Part shown: in pieces, positions 1-14,199 of the stretch | Layout: the number at the start of each line of letters is the position of its first letter | Numbering within the stretch: position 1 is the stretch's first letter | From: Eledone cirrhosa | Lineage: Eukaryota | Direction: 5' to 3' | Assembly (NCBI GenBank): GCA_964016885.1 | Contig: OZ024740.1 | Coordinates: 399,714,001-399,778,000, forward strand | DNA length: 64,000 bases | The notes under the pieces: model-generated | Seen by the model: only the letters and a program-made list of their open reading frames with translations | What the model was told of the DNA's origin: nothing | The model's database searches: none | Translations under genes and position numbers: made by a program

Positions 1-17
1 GAATGTTTGTACATAGT

Positions 18-360
18 ATGGCTAAATGGTTAAGAAGTTCACTCTACACTCAGCAGCTCCCACGTTTGACCCCCATTGTGTGGAATCTTGGGCAAGTGCC
101 ATTTTATGTAGTCTCGGGTTGACTTGGGCCTTGTGAGGAAAACTGGGATGAGAGAAACTGTTTGGAAGCTCATCAGATGGATTGCACCAGGAATTCAAAG
201 AACCAGCCTTGTCGCATACTGTATTATACTGTATCTTCCCAAGAATTAAGTTAAGAGTATACATGTTTGTGGAATACTCACCTACTTGCATGTTAATTTC
301 ATGAGCAGGCTGTTCCATTAATTGAACATCGAGCATATTCATTGTTGAAATCAATGGAGG
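18..360 (+). mobile_element. degenerate tRNA-derived SINE (family distinct from the main SINE)
   Basis: A-box-like TGGCTAAATGGTTAAG head, decayed B box, then CTTGGGCAAGTG core-like segment; no coding potential. Confidence 0.45.
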
Positions 361-2227
361 TTAATTTCATTCCATTTCATACCTTTTTAAGAATTCAGTA
401 TACATGAAGAAAGTTGGTGTTGTTATGAAAGAGGATGATAAACATGACAAATACAATCATTTTGGTTAGATATATAATTTTACTTCACTTCAGTAAAAAA
501 GGAAAAAGAATATGATTATTCCAAATCATAAAAATATAAAGTTATATGGAAGCACTCACAAATGAATACAGTATTCGAAAAGTCCTTGTTTGCTAAAGTA
601 GAAGGCGCCAAGTTATAGCCAGTCAGTATTATCAGCATAGGTAGTAGTAAAAGCACAGTGCAAAGAGCTACTTCAATAGCAGATGATTCTGTGTGTAGTT
701 GAAATGGCGATGGAAGAATTGCTGTTGGGCCTTTGTAAACAAGGCCGAGTTTTTTTTTTTGTTAAGAGCTAGTGATGCTTCTCTTCCAAGTTACTAGAGT
801 TGACTGAGACAAAAGGAGAACTTATCTCGCTTTCACTTTGAGCTGACCAGCCACTCCAGACAAACTGATGCCAACTCGGACAAAAGAGAAATGGCAGCTA
901 GATGTCATTCGGGGATTAGTGTGTGAAGAGATTTTGCTACATATATATATGACTGCAGAAGGTTGGTAATTTCCATTGGATTACCAATGCTGCTTTGTGC
1001 CCATTGTCAAATTACTTGACATTCAACAGTTCAATCCACTCACTTCAAAGTAAATATTTTGAGTAGGGAAAACTTCTTTATGTGAATCATTCATAATATT
1101 GATTTCTAGCATTGGCTGGAGCAAGGCCACAAGTATAGCAGCAAGATATAGTAATTGACTAATACTTTATTTTATTGACACTGGGAAGATGACAAACAGG
1201 CTGACCCCAGCAAGATTTGAATTCTTGCTGAAATTATTTTTCCCTTTCTCCAGTCTTGGCACAATATAATAAGTACCACTCAAATACTGAGGTCAATTTG
1301 GTTGACTCTACCACCTCCCTAAAATTGTCTGCAGTGAGTCACAGTAGGAAATAGTAATATAATTTTGTACTATCTATCTTAACCCCGAGAAGATGAAACT
1401 TTACTAGTATAGGACATGAAAATACATACTGATAGACATATATTGAATAGTGTACCAGATATAAAGACCAATTGATCTTAGAAAATCACAAATATATAAT
1501 CTGTTCTGTGATTGATCTGTCGTATCTTACCTATCAGTTTGTTGTAAGAAGCACCTGCTCATTGCAAGAATCAACTAAAAGCATTGGCACCGGGAAGGAA
1601 CACCATGGTGAACATTAAATCTTTCATAGAATCTATCAGTTTGTGTAAGAGCATTTTCTTTTTTCATGGTATGTTATTTATATTCAAACCTGGATATTAA
1701 CGATTTATAATTAGAGATGCACTGATAATCAAATTGGCTAATTATCCTTTAATTGGCTTTGTTTTATTGGCTGGTACCAATTAATCAGTTGCCAATTATT
1801 TATAACGTTATTATGTATTATGATAAGAAAATGAGTATTATAATTAATTGCAAGTAATATATTATAATATTTTTTAATTAATCACAATTATGGAGCTAGT
1901 CTTGTACCCCCCCCCAAATGAATAAAGTAACCGTCACTACTTCCATTTTTCCATGTTTGCATAGATTAGATGAGTCTTCTCTGGTAGAGCACCTCTCCAT
2001 TTATTAACTCCTGTGTGAAATTCAATATTCTAAGATGAGTTTTCACCACCTCTGTCCATGTCTTCCTTGGTAGTGAAACATGGGTATTGAATGTTGATGA
2101 TTTGCTATAGTATATGTGTGTGTATTATGCATGAATGTATGCAGTAACCCTTTGGATACTAATATGCATGAAACTGCCTCCATTTTATGTAAGAAACATT
2201 GTTAAGTTATGTTCCAAATATCAACTT

Positions 2228-2410
2228 AATAATTTCTACTTTTGACACAGGGCCAGCAATTACCTCAGTGCATTACTGGTACTTTATTTTATCGACCCTG
2301 TAAGGATGAAAGGCAAAGTTAACCTCAGCAGGATTTGAACTCAGAACGTAAATGGCCATAACTCTATGCTGCAAAGCATGGTGTCTGACACTCTACCGAT
2401 ACTGCCAATC
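2228..2410 (-). mobile_element. tRNA-derived SINE, main family (~190 bp)
   Basis: Reverse complement of TGGCAGTATCGGTAGAG (A box)...GAGTTCAAATCC (B box)...CCTTTCATCCTTAC-GGGTCGATAAAATAAAGTACCAG...AAGTAGAAA; more than 15 copies in window. Confidence 0.85.
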
Positions 2411-2794
2411 TAAAATGAAGTTAACAGTTTAACTAAATTCTCCAAATTCTTGATAGAGTCCTGAATTGAAAATCATAGGCAGTGTCTTTCATTAGAAATA
2501 TGGCAACAAAAAGGTTTATATATGTCCTGCATCTTTAGGAAATATATATCAATGCTTACACATTGAAAAATATACAAACATCTATTTATAACCACATTGG
2601 TGGTGTATTTGTTATATGAGCATCTAAATAAATAGACTCTCTCATTGGAATTTACTCAACATCAACTAGGTAGATTATGTATGCATGCATGCATGTGTAG
2701 ATATGGATGTTATTGTATGTGTGGATGTGGATGTTTTGAGTTGTATGTGTGCATGTGTGTATGCTTTGTATCTGTACATGTGTATATGCAGTTA

Positions 2795-3348
2795 TTAGAT
2801 GCAACATTTTTGGAATGTTTTACATATTTTTACTGTTCCATTAATGGATTGTACTTGTAATTTCCTAACTAGTTGTGTTCTTTCTGTTCCTGTGAAGCCT
2901 AGCTTCATAAGATTTGTATTGAGGCAGTTACTAACATATCCCAGTGCCCCAATAATCACAGGCATAAATCTGAAGGTGTAATCAGGGTGGAGTATCTGCA
3001 GATTCCTCATTAGTTCTGCATAAATATTCTCCTTTTCGCTAATCTTTGATATTATATTGACATCTGCTGGGCAGCTAATTTCCACTACTGTGCATGCTTT
3101 CTTCTCCCTGTCCCATATCATAATATCTGGTCTGTTATGTCTGCATTTTATTGGGGTTTTTACTGGAACATTCCACCAGTACTCTTTCATATTATGTACA
3201 TGGATGTCTTCCACATTGTTGTAGCTTTTAATGTGTTTATTATCGGGGCTATCTTTGTTACGAACTGCATTGTACAGTGTTTTGGCCACTACATCATGCT
3301 TCATAGGTAGATAGTACCGCAATGACATCTTTGGACAGCTGCTGATGA
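2795..3348 (-). pseudogene. 3' end of R4/Dong-like non-LTR retrotransposon (Zn-knuckle end plus restriction-like endonuclease)
   Basis: HVISSC (CCHC end), KHDVVAK (RHD motif), NRPDI..VVEISCP (PD-(D/E)xK), VIIGALG; N-terminal part of listed ORF is microsatellite. Confidence 0.85.
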
Positions 3349-3510
3349 CATGTATGTATGTATGTATGTATGTATGTATGTATGTATGTATGTATGTATG
3401 TATGTATGTATATGTTATATATGTATGTTTGTATGTATGCATGTATGTATATATATTTGTTTGTATGTATTTTTGTTTGTTTGTATGTATGTATGTTTGT
3501 ATGTATGCAT
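3349..3510. repeat. (TATG)n microsatellite
   Basis: Direct reading; abuts the 5' truncation of the R4/Dong fragment. Confidence 0.95.
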
Positions 3511-3875
3511 AGCATGGAAAAGGGACGTTAAACGATGCTGGTGTTAATATATATATATATTTTATAAAAGTTGTCAATTGAGACAACTATGCTGTTACAT
3601 TTAATAAAAATATCCTTGGTATTTACAAAAAACCTATAAAGAAAAAAAAATTTAGTGAAGTTATTATATTGCATTGGAAATTTAGCTTATAAAGAGTAGA
3701 TGAAACACGTAAAGATAATTTTAAAGAATTTTGAATGATTAAACATAATATTTAATATTTTAGTGGCTGCAACCAATTTCATGCATAGCTAAGAAAAATA
3801 GCAAAATAAGCTACTTAGCACCCTCCACTCAAAGAGAAAAAAAGAAAAAAATTATGAAAGAATATTTGATCATTA

Positions 3876-4063
3876 ATAATTGTTTCTACTTTTGGCACAA
3901 GGCCAGCAATTATTCCAGTGTATTACTGGTACTTTATTTTATCGACCCCGTAAGGATGAAAGGCAAAGTTAACCTCGACGGGATTTGAACTCAGACCATA
4001 AAGGACCGTAACTCTATGCTGCAAAGGATGGCATCTGATCCTCTACCGATACTGCCAATCCAC
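3876..4063 (-). mobile_element. main-family SINE
   Basis: Same A box/B box/central domain/3' end as other copies. Confidence 0.85.
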
Positions 4064-4649
4064 CAATAATACCATACATATGATGCTGCTGTTGATGATT
4101 TATACTTTTAAAATAATGTTTTGTTAGTGTTTGATGAGATGCTAATTGTGATGGTAATGATGATGATGAGGAGGAGGAAAATGATAATAATTTTTTTTTT
4201 ATTATTGCTGCATGGTTTTTGGTTGAGGAAGCATTACAGGGACAGCTTACTAAAATTCTGGGGCATTATATTGAAATTAGTAGCATGCAGAAAAAAAAAC
4301 AGGGCACACAATGTACAAATGTATGATACAGCCCCGAGAAAGTAGAACCATTACATATATTACAAATCAAGGAACCCAACAAATCTAAGATCTCCTTGAC
4401 CACCAAGGTTTATTGTTCCCTCTCAGTTCTTGATCTTTGCTTCTCACAGTATTGCAGCCCTGTCAAAGAGAAAAACATATATAGAAGGTTGAGTACACTC
4501 ATGCACAGTCTAGGATGCTGTGTAGAATGTCTGCGCATCATCAGTTACAACATATTGAGATCTCAGCAGAGAGGGCAATAATATGTATATTTTTATACAT
4601 GACTTTTTCCCTTCCAGTTACAAAGAACTGCTATTCAAGCAACTGTCAA

Positions 4650-5740
4650 GTTACAAAGCTCAGGACTGCTACCCTCAATGTTGGCACTCTGAAAGGTAAA
4701 TCAGGTGAAATTGTAGTACTGTTAGAGAGAAGAGAAGTGGATGTATGCTGTTTTCAAGGAATGAGGTGGAAGAGTACCTCAGCAAGACTACACATAGGCA
4801 AACAGTATAGATACAAACTTTACTGGGTAGCAAATGATGATGGGGCAGGTGGTGTAGGCATTCTTCTAGCTGAGAAATGGATAGATAATGTGATTAAGGT
4901 AGTTAGAGTAGGTGATAGCATTACCAAGCTTAGAATAGCTGTAAGAAATAGAATGGTGACAATTACATCTACCACGGGCAGAATTGAGTAAAGAACAAAA
5001 GGATAGGTTCTATGAGGGACTTTTACTGACAACCTCAGCTATTGATGAAAGAGATTTCACCATGTTGGCAGGTAACTACAATGGACATGCTGGAAAGTAT
5101 CAGAATGGATTCATTGGAGTTCACAGTTGCTATGGTTATGGCTCAAGAAATGAAGAGAGAGTGAGGCTCCTGGAATTCTGTGATGTAGTTAAATATAGGT
5201 TTAGAAAGGCTCTACAGGAAGCACATGATGAGGGGGGAGATAAGTTAGATATATATGACATAAAGAACAATTGGAAATTCTTACATGACAACCTATTGCG
5301 AACTACTGATGAGATTTGTGACTGGAGCAAAGCACCAGCCAGTCAGAGGGTGACCTGATAGTGGAACAGTACAGTGGATAGAGCCATTATAGCCAAGAGA
5401 CAGGTGTGGGAAGACTGGAAAAATGTAGGTAGCAGAAACTAGTACCAGATAGCTAAGAGAGAAGCTAGATGACAGGTATATGCAGCTTATAGAGAGGCCG
5501 AAAAAAGAAAGTTTGCCAATGTCTTGCAATGTGAGAACCAGAGACGAGAAGTGTTCCACATTGCAAGGCAGTGTGTCAATGTGAATTGGAATGTAGGTAT
5601 GGACAGAAGAAATGCATGGATAATGATCATTATGTAAATAAGATCCAGGAAATCTCAGCGGTGATAAGGGGAGGGGATAAGCCATAGTAGAGGTTCACCA
5701 AAAGAGACCTGGGCAGAGATGGTGAGAGCTGATCTTTAAT
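4650..5740 (+). pseudogene. RTE-clade LINE remnant: APE endonuclease, linker, and deleted C-terminal piece
   Basis: TLNVGTL...DVCCFQGMRW...GGVGIL...AGNYNGH...EFCD APE motifs over frameshifts; PKETWAEMVRAD-type RTE C-terminus near 5700. Confidence 0.8.
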
Positions 5741-6065
5741 CGCTGAGACACATAGAGGATTTTACAGGAATTAGTAGTTTTATAGTCTTTGTTGACAAAG
5801 TCGCATATTCGCTATTATCAGAAGATGTATGGTATGGTGTGCAAAAATAGCTGCATCCCTTGCCAAAAGCAGCCGAAGAGAAATAGGCGTCAAAACACAA
5901 TCTGGTTGATGCTGCACTTCTCATTGAATGGCAAAACCAATACCGGTAAAACCCTCATAGGGTTAATATATAAGCACTACTCCTGTTGCAATATATATAG
6001 AAAGCTATTCAACTGACATAACCCCCAAATTAATTTTGACTCTACTCCCTATGTATGTGCACACG

Positions 6066-6139
<74 letters not shown>

Positions 6140-6445
6140 GGAAAATGTATGAGATCCTTGGTACAGTTAGGTATATTTGAAAAAAGGAAAAGAATGACTT
6201 CACTTGTAGTTGGTATTCTATAACAATTTAATTCTATAATTTTACAAATTTACAATTTTGCTATGCAGATTTAATAAGTCCTTTGTTAACTTCGGTGGAA
6301 AGTTTTAAAGATCCTGGTTAACTTTCTAGCACAAAAGGGTGCTATTCGAGTTAAATTTGGCTGTTATTTCTTGTAGATCGTAGAACTACGTAGAGCCTCC
6401 CTTGTTGGCTTATGCGGGGAGAAGTATCTATATATGGCGCTTACA

Positions 6446-7486
6446 CTAGTTGAATTGTTCTAGTGATTTAATCCACTATCTTGACCATGGATTCGTTGCG
6501 GCATATAATATCACCCATTAAGCTTTAAAGCTAGTATTCAAACATTTTGTCAAACACTTCAACAAAACGCTCAGATTTTCACGTAATTTCTCAGAAGATT
6601 TTTAAGAACACTGTTTATGGAAATATGTTCTGTAATATTAAGGGCAGTGGAAGCATTTCTGAATTGGGGGCAAATTTAGTCAATTTAGTTGTAGTGATTA
6701 GTTTAGCTCTTTGCATTCTAAAATAACCAGAAAACTTTGATAGAGAGACCAAGACAGTGAGAGATTGACCCTGAGATTTGTTAATTGAAATAACAACACT
6801 TAGTTTGACTGGAAACTGAAGACTCTTAAATTCAAATGGAACAGCTGTGGGTATGAGAGGAATTTTTTGAATAAAGACAATATTTTTCAATATTGTAAAC
6901 AAATAAGTATCAACACCCAAATGAAATATATATTAATCTCTATTTTTGTATACAGTGTAAATTAACCAAATATAAGCAAATTAACCAAACATAAGCAAAT
7001 GTATTAACTACTAACTTAACGGTATGAGAATATAAATATAAACGAACAAACACACATACCCTCACACAAACATACACTTATAAAAACAAACACAGACATA
7101 CATTCATACAAACACACACACACAGTTTCACCCACGAACAGACACACATACACTCACACAAACAGATACGTTCACCCCCAGCGTTTCGTTATGTCAGTCG
7201 TTACAGAAATGTATGTATACTCACACACACATATACACTCACACACATATACTTGCCAGTCATCAGATATGTATATGTATGTGTAGATGTGTGTGTTTAT
7301 TTCTCTGTGTATCCGATTAGATATTTACGTGAAGATGTGTGTGTATATAACTTACCGAGGCCTAACGTACGTAACGAACGCGCAAACACACACACATTCA
7401 CAGACACATACATGCTCATATACAAAATGTGACGTTGTCGTCGTCGTGTTATAAATGTCCGTTTATTTATAGTTGACTACAGTAGA
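6446..7486 (-). mobile_element. internally deleted Helitron with helicase remnant
   Basis: IPLIPTAVPFEFKSLQFPVKLSVVISINKSQGQSL (~6760-6870) matches Pif1-like RepHel helicase motif V region; candidate A|TC 5' end at 7486 and CTAG|T 3' end at 6446 near an AATCCA/TGGATT hairpin; ends tentative. Confidence 0.6.
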
Positions 7487-8912
7487 TTATTTTAGGGCAT
7501 GACTCCTTCTTGACACCCCAGTTCCACCACCCCTGGTATAGAATGATAAATGATGCCGGAACATAATTATATGTGTTCGTGGAATTCTTAAATTAGATAT
7601 CTGAATTTATTTATTCGGTTACAGTGTAAAACTAAAACAATTTGGCGGGTTTTAGCTCTCTCCAGATCATAATATAGCCAATTTCTTCCAGAGAGAGAGA
7701 GGGGGTGAGAGAGAACCGCTACACTACTTGATTGGCACTTTATTTATAGACCTCGAAAGGATGAAAAGCAAAATTGACTTCGACGGGATTTGAACTCAGA
7801 GGCATTTTCAATCTGACGCCCTAACAACACTGCCAACTCGCTGCCTGCATTCAGAGCGGACATAGGGTTAAATGTATGTATGATCCCATAACTCCTGGTG
7901 GAGTCGTAGGGGCACCGTAGAGACATATGACATTTCTTGGACAGTTTTAAGCCTGGCGGAGCCCATTCCACTCTATGTCTAAACACAGATTTCTTCCAGA
8001 GAAGGAATTTAATGCCATATAAATTGAGTAACAATAAGTAATAAATTGCATTCATATAAGTAGCGTTTAAGGCGGTTGATTTGGCAGAGTATTAGAGCGT
8101 TGGATATTTGTTCCGTGTCTTTGTGTTCTGAGTTCAAATCCCGCTGAGGTCCACTTTGCCTTTCATATTTTCAGGATCGATAAAGAAAGTACCGGCTCAG
8201 TTCTGGTGCAGCCTTTATTCTTCCAGCTGTCATATCTTTTATGTTTTGGGAGGGTGTCTGTGTTTACTCGCGACTGCATGGGAACCTAGCACACTTAGCT
8301 ACAGCATGGTATATACTACCAAGTCATATTATATTGCGCGTAACACTATACTAGTTTTTATAGAAAGCGACTAATCACACGTAATTTTTTCCCTTTATGA
8401 CATCAACTTAACTGTTACGTTTCTTTACAGGCAGTTTCTTTAAGATTCAAAGTAAACAAGAAGTAGCTGACGATTTACTTTTGTCTTGATATTATTATAA
8501 AACCACCCCCAAAATGGATGACACATTGTTTTGTCAAATATTGCTGAGTATGAGACAGGTTTGTTCAGTTTTCCGTTATTTAAAAAAAGAAATGTTATTC
8601 TTATGCACACTTTCTTGCGTTTTTGCTCGTTGTTATTCGTGATTTATAGTTATGAATGTGTATCGAAACTGGTAGTAGTTCAGAAAACATACATTTCATT
8701 GCCCTCTCTAAATAGGCATGAAACCAAAGATTATTATGATGAGTATGCTAAAATATAATTATTGAAAGCTGTAAATGTAATATGACTTGCTTGGGCTCAA
8801 ATTGCATTTTCTGACCGTTTTAGAGTGCAAAGAGCTAAACTACAACTAAATTGACGAAATTTACCCCCTTCCTCCCGATTCAGAAATGCTTCCACCACCC
8901 CTACACACACAG

Positions 8913-9033
<121 letters not shown>

Positions 9034-9373
9034 AACAGTTTTGAGGCCAGGAAATCAAGTCTGAAATAATATACGTGTATGTGCAGTAAACTACCCATTA
9101 CTAGCTTACAAAAAGCTATCTCTTTGTAGTTTTCTTCTCATGCATTTCCTCATGCAGATTCGTTATGGTTAATTGATGAAGAAGTACGAAAGTATATAAG
9201 TGTCGGTAGCTTAGAAACGAATTAATTTTAAATCAAGAAGGGGTAAACAACATACTTTTGTGAGACACTACAAATATAATTACAGGACGCCAGCAAGGTT
9301 TTAATTGCTATCAAAACAGGAATTTGTCAAGGTTGTCTGCCTGTTTGACACTAAATAAATAGACGGTCTCATA

Positions 9374-9531
9374 CAGGGCCGTCTTAACAGAATTTTAGGC
9401 CCCTGGCAAAGAAGAGCACTGGGGCCCCTACCTACACAACCATTCACAGGAATAAAAATACAAATGGGCCCCTTATCCTCGTGGGGCCCCCGGGCAACTG
9501 CCCAGCGTGCCCATGCGTTAAGACGGCCCTG
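9374..9531. mobile_element. hAT-type MITE, 158 bp
   Basis: 15-bp TIR CAGGGCCGTCTTAAC / GTTAAGACGGCCCTG; 8-bp TSD GTCTCATA at 9366-9373 and 9532-9539. Confidence 0.92.
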
Positions 9532-10012
9532 GTCTCATATGCATATATTTTCAGCCTCGTTGTGAAATTAGGCCCACAACGACAATCTTTGTAGTATGGG
9601 ATGTGGATCGAATCGACCGGATTCATTGTTATTTAAAAAGGCTTTGCTCAACACGGTCTCTCAAACCAAGGTATATTTTAAGGTAATTTTATAACTGCAC
9701 ACATTTTTTAGGCTTGTGCCATGACATGGTATTTGATATTCCCCGAGTCTAAGAAACATTTGTCTTTAAACCACCATTTACCATGTAAGGACATGTAGCA
9801 TTTAACACAAAATGTAAAGGTACGGCACACAATTAGATTTAGTACTACGGAAAAGCTACTTACTCTCACCTTAATCTACTAAAAACACCCTCGTAGACCT
9901 ACTTTCTCAACGGGACTAAATACATGCACTATTCGTGCTTTAGTCATTACTGTTTGGAACGCGGTTATGCAAATGAGTTTGTGTTTAGACACGTATTTAT
10001 TTATATTCTAAA

Positions 10013-10425
10013 TAATTGTTTCTACTTTAGGCACAAGGCCAGCAATTACCCAGTGCATTACTGGTACTTTATTTTATCGACCCCGTAAGGATGAAAGGCA
10101 AAGTCAACCTCGGCGGGATTTGAACTCAGATCATAAAGGGACGTAACTATGCTGGAAAGCATGGCGTCCAACCCTCTACCAATACTGCCAATCCACCAAT
10201 TCTAAATAATAATTTCTTGTATAGGCTCAAGGCCAGTAATTTTGGGGGAGGGGAAAGTCGATTAAATCGACCCAAGTACGTTACTGGTACTTTATTTATC
10301 GACCCCGTAAGAATGAAAGGAAAAGTTAAACTCGGCGTGATTTTAACTCAGACCGTAAAGGGCCATAACTCTATGCTATAAAGCATGGTTTCCGACGCTC
10401 TACCGATTCTGCCAATCCACCGCCA
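10013..10425 (-). mobile_element. two stacked SINEs
   Basis: Copies ~10013-10198 and ~10206-10425; ATTCTAAATAAT recurs before, between and after. Confidence 0.85.
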
Positions 10426-11242
10426 TCTATATTCTAAATAATAACCATCCTCTAATATCATCGGCAATTTAGGACAAAATTCACAACAAAATTAAATGCA
10501 TATAGATATACAGTGTCTTATTTAGGCAAAGCTAAACAATTTAGAGTCTCACAACCTGTAGGTGTTTCAAAATGTAATGATGGTTTCTTATTTAGACACA
10601 AGGCCAATAATTATGTGGGAAGGGAAAGTAGATTATACCGATCCCAGTACTTGTACCTTATAACGACTCAAGTACTGGTACTTTAATTTATCTTGGACGG
10701 ATGAAAAGTAGAGTTGACTTCGGTGGGATTTGAACTCAGATGGTAGGAAGTCGTGACTAAATATTGCAAAGCATTTTATTAGACGCTCTAACGATCTACC
10801 AATACATCACCCTCACCTCAAAATATAATAAAAAGACATAAGTGTTTTCAACTTTTTGTGGGACTTGGCTTAAGTTTGTGACAAAGGGCCTCAAGTCTTA
10901 TATAGCTTATAACCCCATCAAGTCTAAATCCGGCAATGTAGATATGACTCTGTATATTCATTTATTTACACACAAACCCCACACTCTATTAAAATACTAG
11001 TAATGAATGCTTGCCTGTCACCTTACTTATGTACTTGTATATCAATCAACCAATATATTATATGTTCCAGTCTCATATTACCTGTTTTGATGAAGTTTAA
11101 AATTTAGATGACATGAAGAGAATCTGTTAATGAAATGGAACCGGTATCTACCAGTATTGTTTGAGTAAAGAATTGGTAATAAGATTGGATCTTGTTGATG
11201 CATTGTGGTCTGTAGTTTTGGTCCAGGCGCATTATATACAAG

Positions 11243-11816
11243 ATAATTGTTTCTACTTTTTGGCACAAGGCCAGCAATTATTCCAGTGCATTACTGGTAC
11301 TTTATTTTATTGACCTCGTAAGGATGAAAGTCAAAGTTAACCCCGGCAGGATTTGAACTCAGATCGTAAGGAGGCGTAACTCTATGCTGCAAAGCATGGC
11401 GTCCAACCTACCGATACTGCCAATCCACCATACAAGATAATTGTTTCTACTTTTGGCACAAGGCCAGCAATTACCCAGTACATTACTGGTACTTTATTTT
11501 ATCGACCCCGTAAGGATGAAAGGCAAAGTTAACCTCGGCGGGATTTGAACACAGACCGTAAAGGGACGTAACTATGCTGGAAAGCATGGCGTCCGACTCT
11601 CTACTGATACTGCCAATCCACCGCCCTCAAGATAATTGTTTCTACTTTAGGCACAAGGCCAGCAATCACCCAGTGCATTACTGGTACTTTATTTTATCGA
11701 CCCCGTAAGGATGAAAGGCAAAGTCAACCTCGGCGGGATTTGAACTCAGATCATAAAGGGACGTAACTATGCTGGAAAGCATGGCGTCCGACCCTCTACC
11801 GATACTGCCAATCCAC
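11243..11816 (-). mobile_element. three stacked SINEs
   Basis: Three ~190 bp non-identical copies, each bounded by CAAGATAAT. Confidence 0.9.
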
Positions 11817-12073
11817 TCAAGATAATGAAAGCTAAACAGTGAATTATAATATTGTATTAATTTTTCAATCAATTTTTTTTTTTATTAAGAACTTTAAAAA
11901 GAAATAACGTCTAATAAAAAGAATAATAATTTTGACAGAATATTAGCGGCTTCTTTGCAAATTTAAATCTAACTTAGTTACCAAAACTTATAAAGTTGTA
12001 GAACTTATTCTAGTTTGAACGTTTTTTACAAAAAGACAAGAGACACGCATTCACGCACTAATACACATACACG

Positions 12074-12171
<98 letters not shown>

Positions 12172-12519
12172 ATAAACACACATTTAATCACACTGTGTAG
12201 TTTAAGCTACATTTGTGTCATAGCTACCTCGGCATTGGAGCAAGAGCTGTTACAGTTGGTCAGCATTCATTCACTCATAGATATTGATATGTGAAAGACA
12301 ATACCGACTTAAAGATTTTTGTAAAAAGACTATTCTTGGTGAAGGCATAGTTATAGTTCAAACTTGACTGATTGCACATCATAACATTTCATTGGGCCTT
12401 AGAAATGCTTGGCTGTTCTCACCTCCTCTCCAAGCGCTCAGTCCCACCAAACTGAAAAAAGTGTCAGGAGATCAGCTCAGAAATGAGCAAAGTTCAGGTT
12501 AATAATCATAACCAGAATA

Positions 12520-13147
12520 CAGCAAGTTGAATGGAGGAAAACTTGAAGTGGACACCTTCAAGTACTTAGGATTTACTTTGACCAAAGACGGCAGATCACT
12601 AAATGACAAGACTCGGCCTGGTCACATCTGTCAAAACGAATCTGAACATTATATGGAAAAGCAACCACATTAGTTTTTTAACGAGGCTCAAATTATACAA
12701 ATACATGGTGACATCGATCCTTCTGTATAGGTGTGAGAGCTGGACTGATACGGCTGACATGGAACGAAGAATCCAAGCATTCGAGCACAAATGCTTCAGA
12801 TGGTTGCTAAGCATTCCATACACAGTGCACAAAACAAATAGCTTTGTCAGGTAGCAAGTCAACAAATTCGCTGGCAGACTGGAAACCCTCCTTGCGAGGG
12901 TAAAAAGACGGAAACTCACCTGGTACAGTCACGTATCCTGCCAGAAATTCCTGTCTAAAACTATCCCCCAGGGCACAGTTGAAGGAGGGCGAAGAAGAAG
13001 CAAAGAAAATACTGGCTCGATAACGTCAAGGACTAGGCAGGTCACAACACCACGATGCCCCTGCTCTTGACGGAGGATAAAGACTTATAACAATAGCTGT
13101 AACACTTCAACGATTGGGTGTACCAGTTCTGAGAACTTGATGATGAC
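12520..13147 (+). pseudogene. RTE-clade LINE 3' remnant
   Basis: DTFKYLG, LYRCESW, IQAFEHKCFRWLLSIPY, GTVEGGRR; ends in short GAT repeats. Confidence 0.75.
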
Positions 13148-13188
13148 GGTGAAATCATGACCGACTAGTATTAATTAACATTAACTAA

Positions 13189-13587
13189 TGGCGGTGGATT
13201 GGCAGAATCGGTAGAAGTTCGGACGCCATGCTTTCCAGCATAGTTACGTCCCTTTACGATCTGAGTTCAAATCCCGCCGAGGTTGACTTTGCCTTTCATC
13301 CTTACGGGGTCGATAAAATAAGGTACCAGTGATGCACTGGGTAATTGCTGGCCTTGTGCCTAAAGTAGAAACAATTAATTAACATTAACTAAGGGTGGTG
13401 GATTGGCAGTATCGGTAGAGGGTCGGACGCCATGCTTTGACGCATAGAGTTACGGCCCTTGCCATTCTGAGTTCAAATCCCGCCGAGGTTAACTTTGCCT
13501 TTCATTCTAAATTCGGGGTCGATAAAATAAAGTACCAGTCATGCACTGGGATAATTGCTGGCCTTGTGCCAAAAAGTAGAAACAATT
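13189..13587 (+). mobile_element. two stacked SINEs
   Basis: Two full copies bounded by ATTAATTAACA(T/C)TAAC target repeats. Confidence 0.9.
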
Positions 13588-13832
13588 AATTAACACTAAC
13601 ACAGCGTGAAGTAGCTGTAGCATCAAGACAAAGTAAAACACAGCGTGACTAAATGTATGTTTATTATTCGTAAAGATAGTGTATATAGGTTCATATATGG
13701 CTTTATTCTGCTATTGCTTACCTCGGGTTCAATCGGGGTAACCACAGTAAGTAAGGTACTCAATACATAGCAGAGTATAAATATTTAATATAGAAATGGC
13801 ATCTACAGGACTTGATTTCTCCTGTAGATGCC

Positions 13833-13917
<85 letters not shown>

Positions 13918-14199
13918 TACGCATACGCACAGTTTCTTTCCCACTAGATATTTTTACAGGATAATAGTGCCTTCACATAAAAAATAGAATAACAAAATAG
14001 AATTTAGAATGAAATATATTCGTCGGAAATAGTCTACACACGGCTATATGATAGTTTCTATGCATGTGTATCAGTATGGTTGTGCATGCTTCCCTAGTCA
14101 ACAGCAGACGCAGAGTTCAATTCCTGCCCGAAGTTATAATCTAATTTTCCCTTTGAAACAAATTACTTAAACACTTTTATAAATTTAAATAAAATGGTT

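Noticed and set aside
517-750. Minus-strand open frame with a hydrophobic stretch (LCTVLLLLPMLIILTG)
   Set aside because: No convincing splice sites or recognisable domain
13189-13280. tRNA genes at A-box/B-box motifs
   Set aside because: These are SINE heads with an expanded A-B spacing, followed by the SINE body
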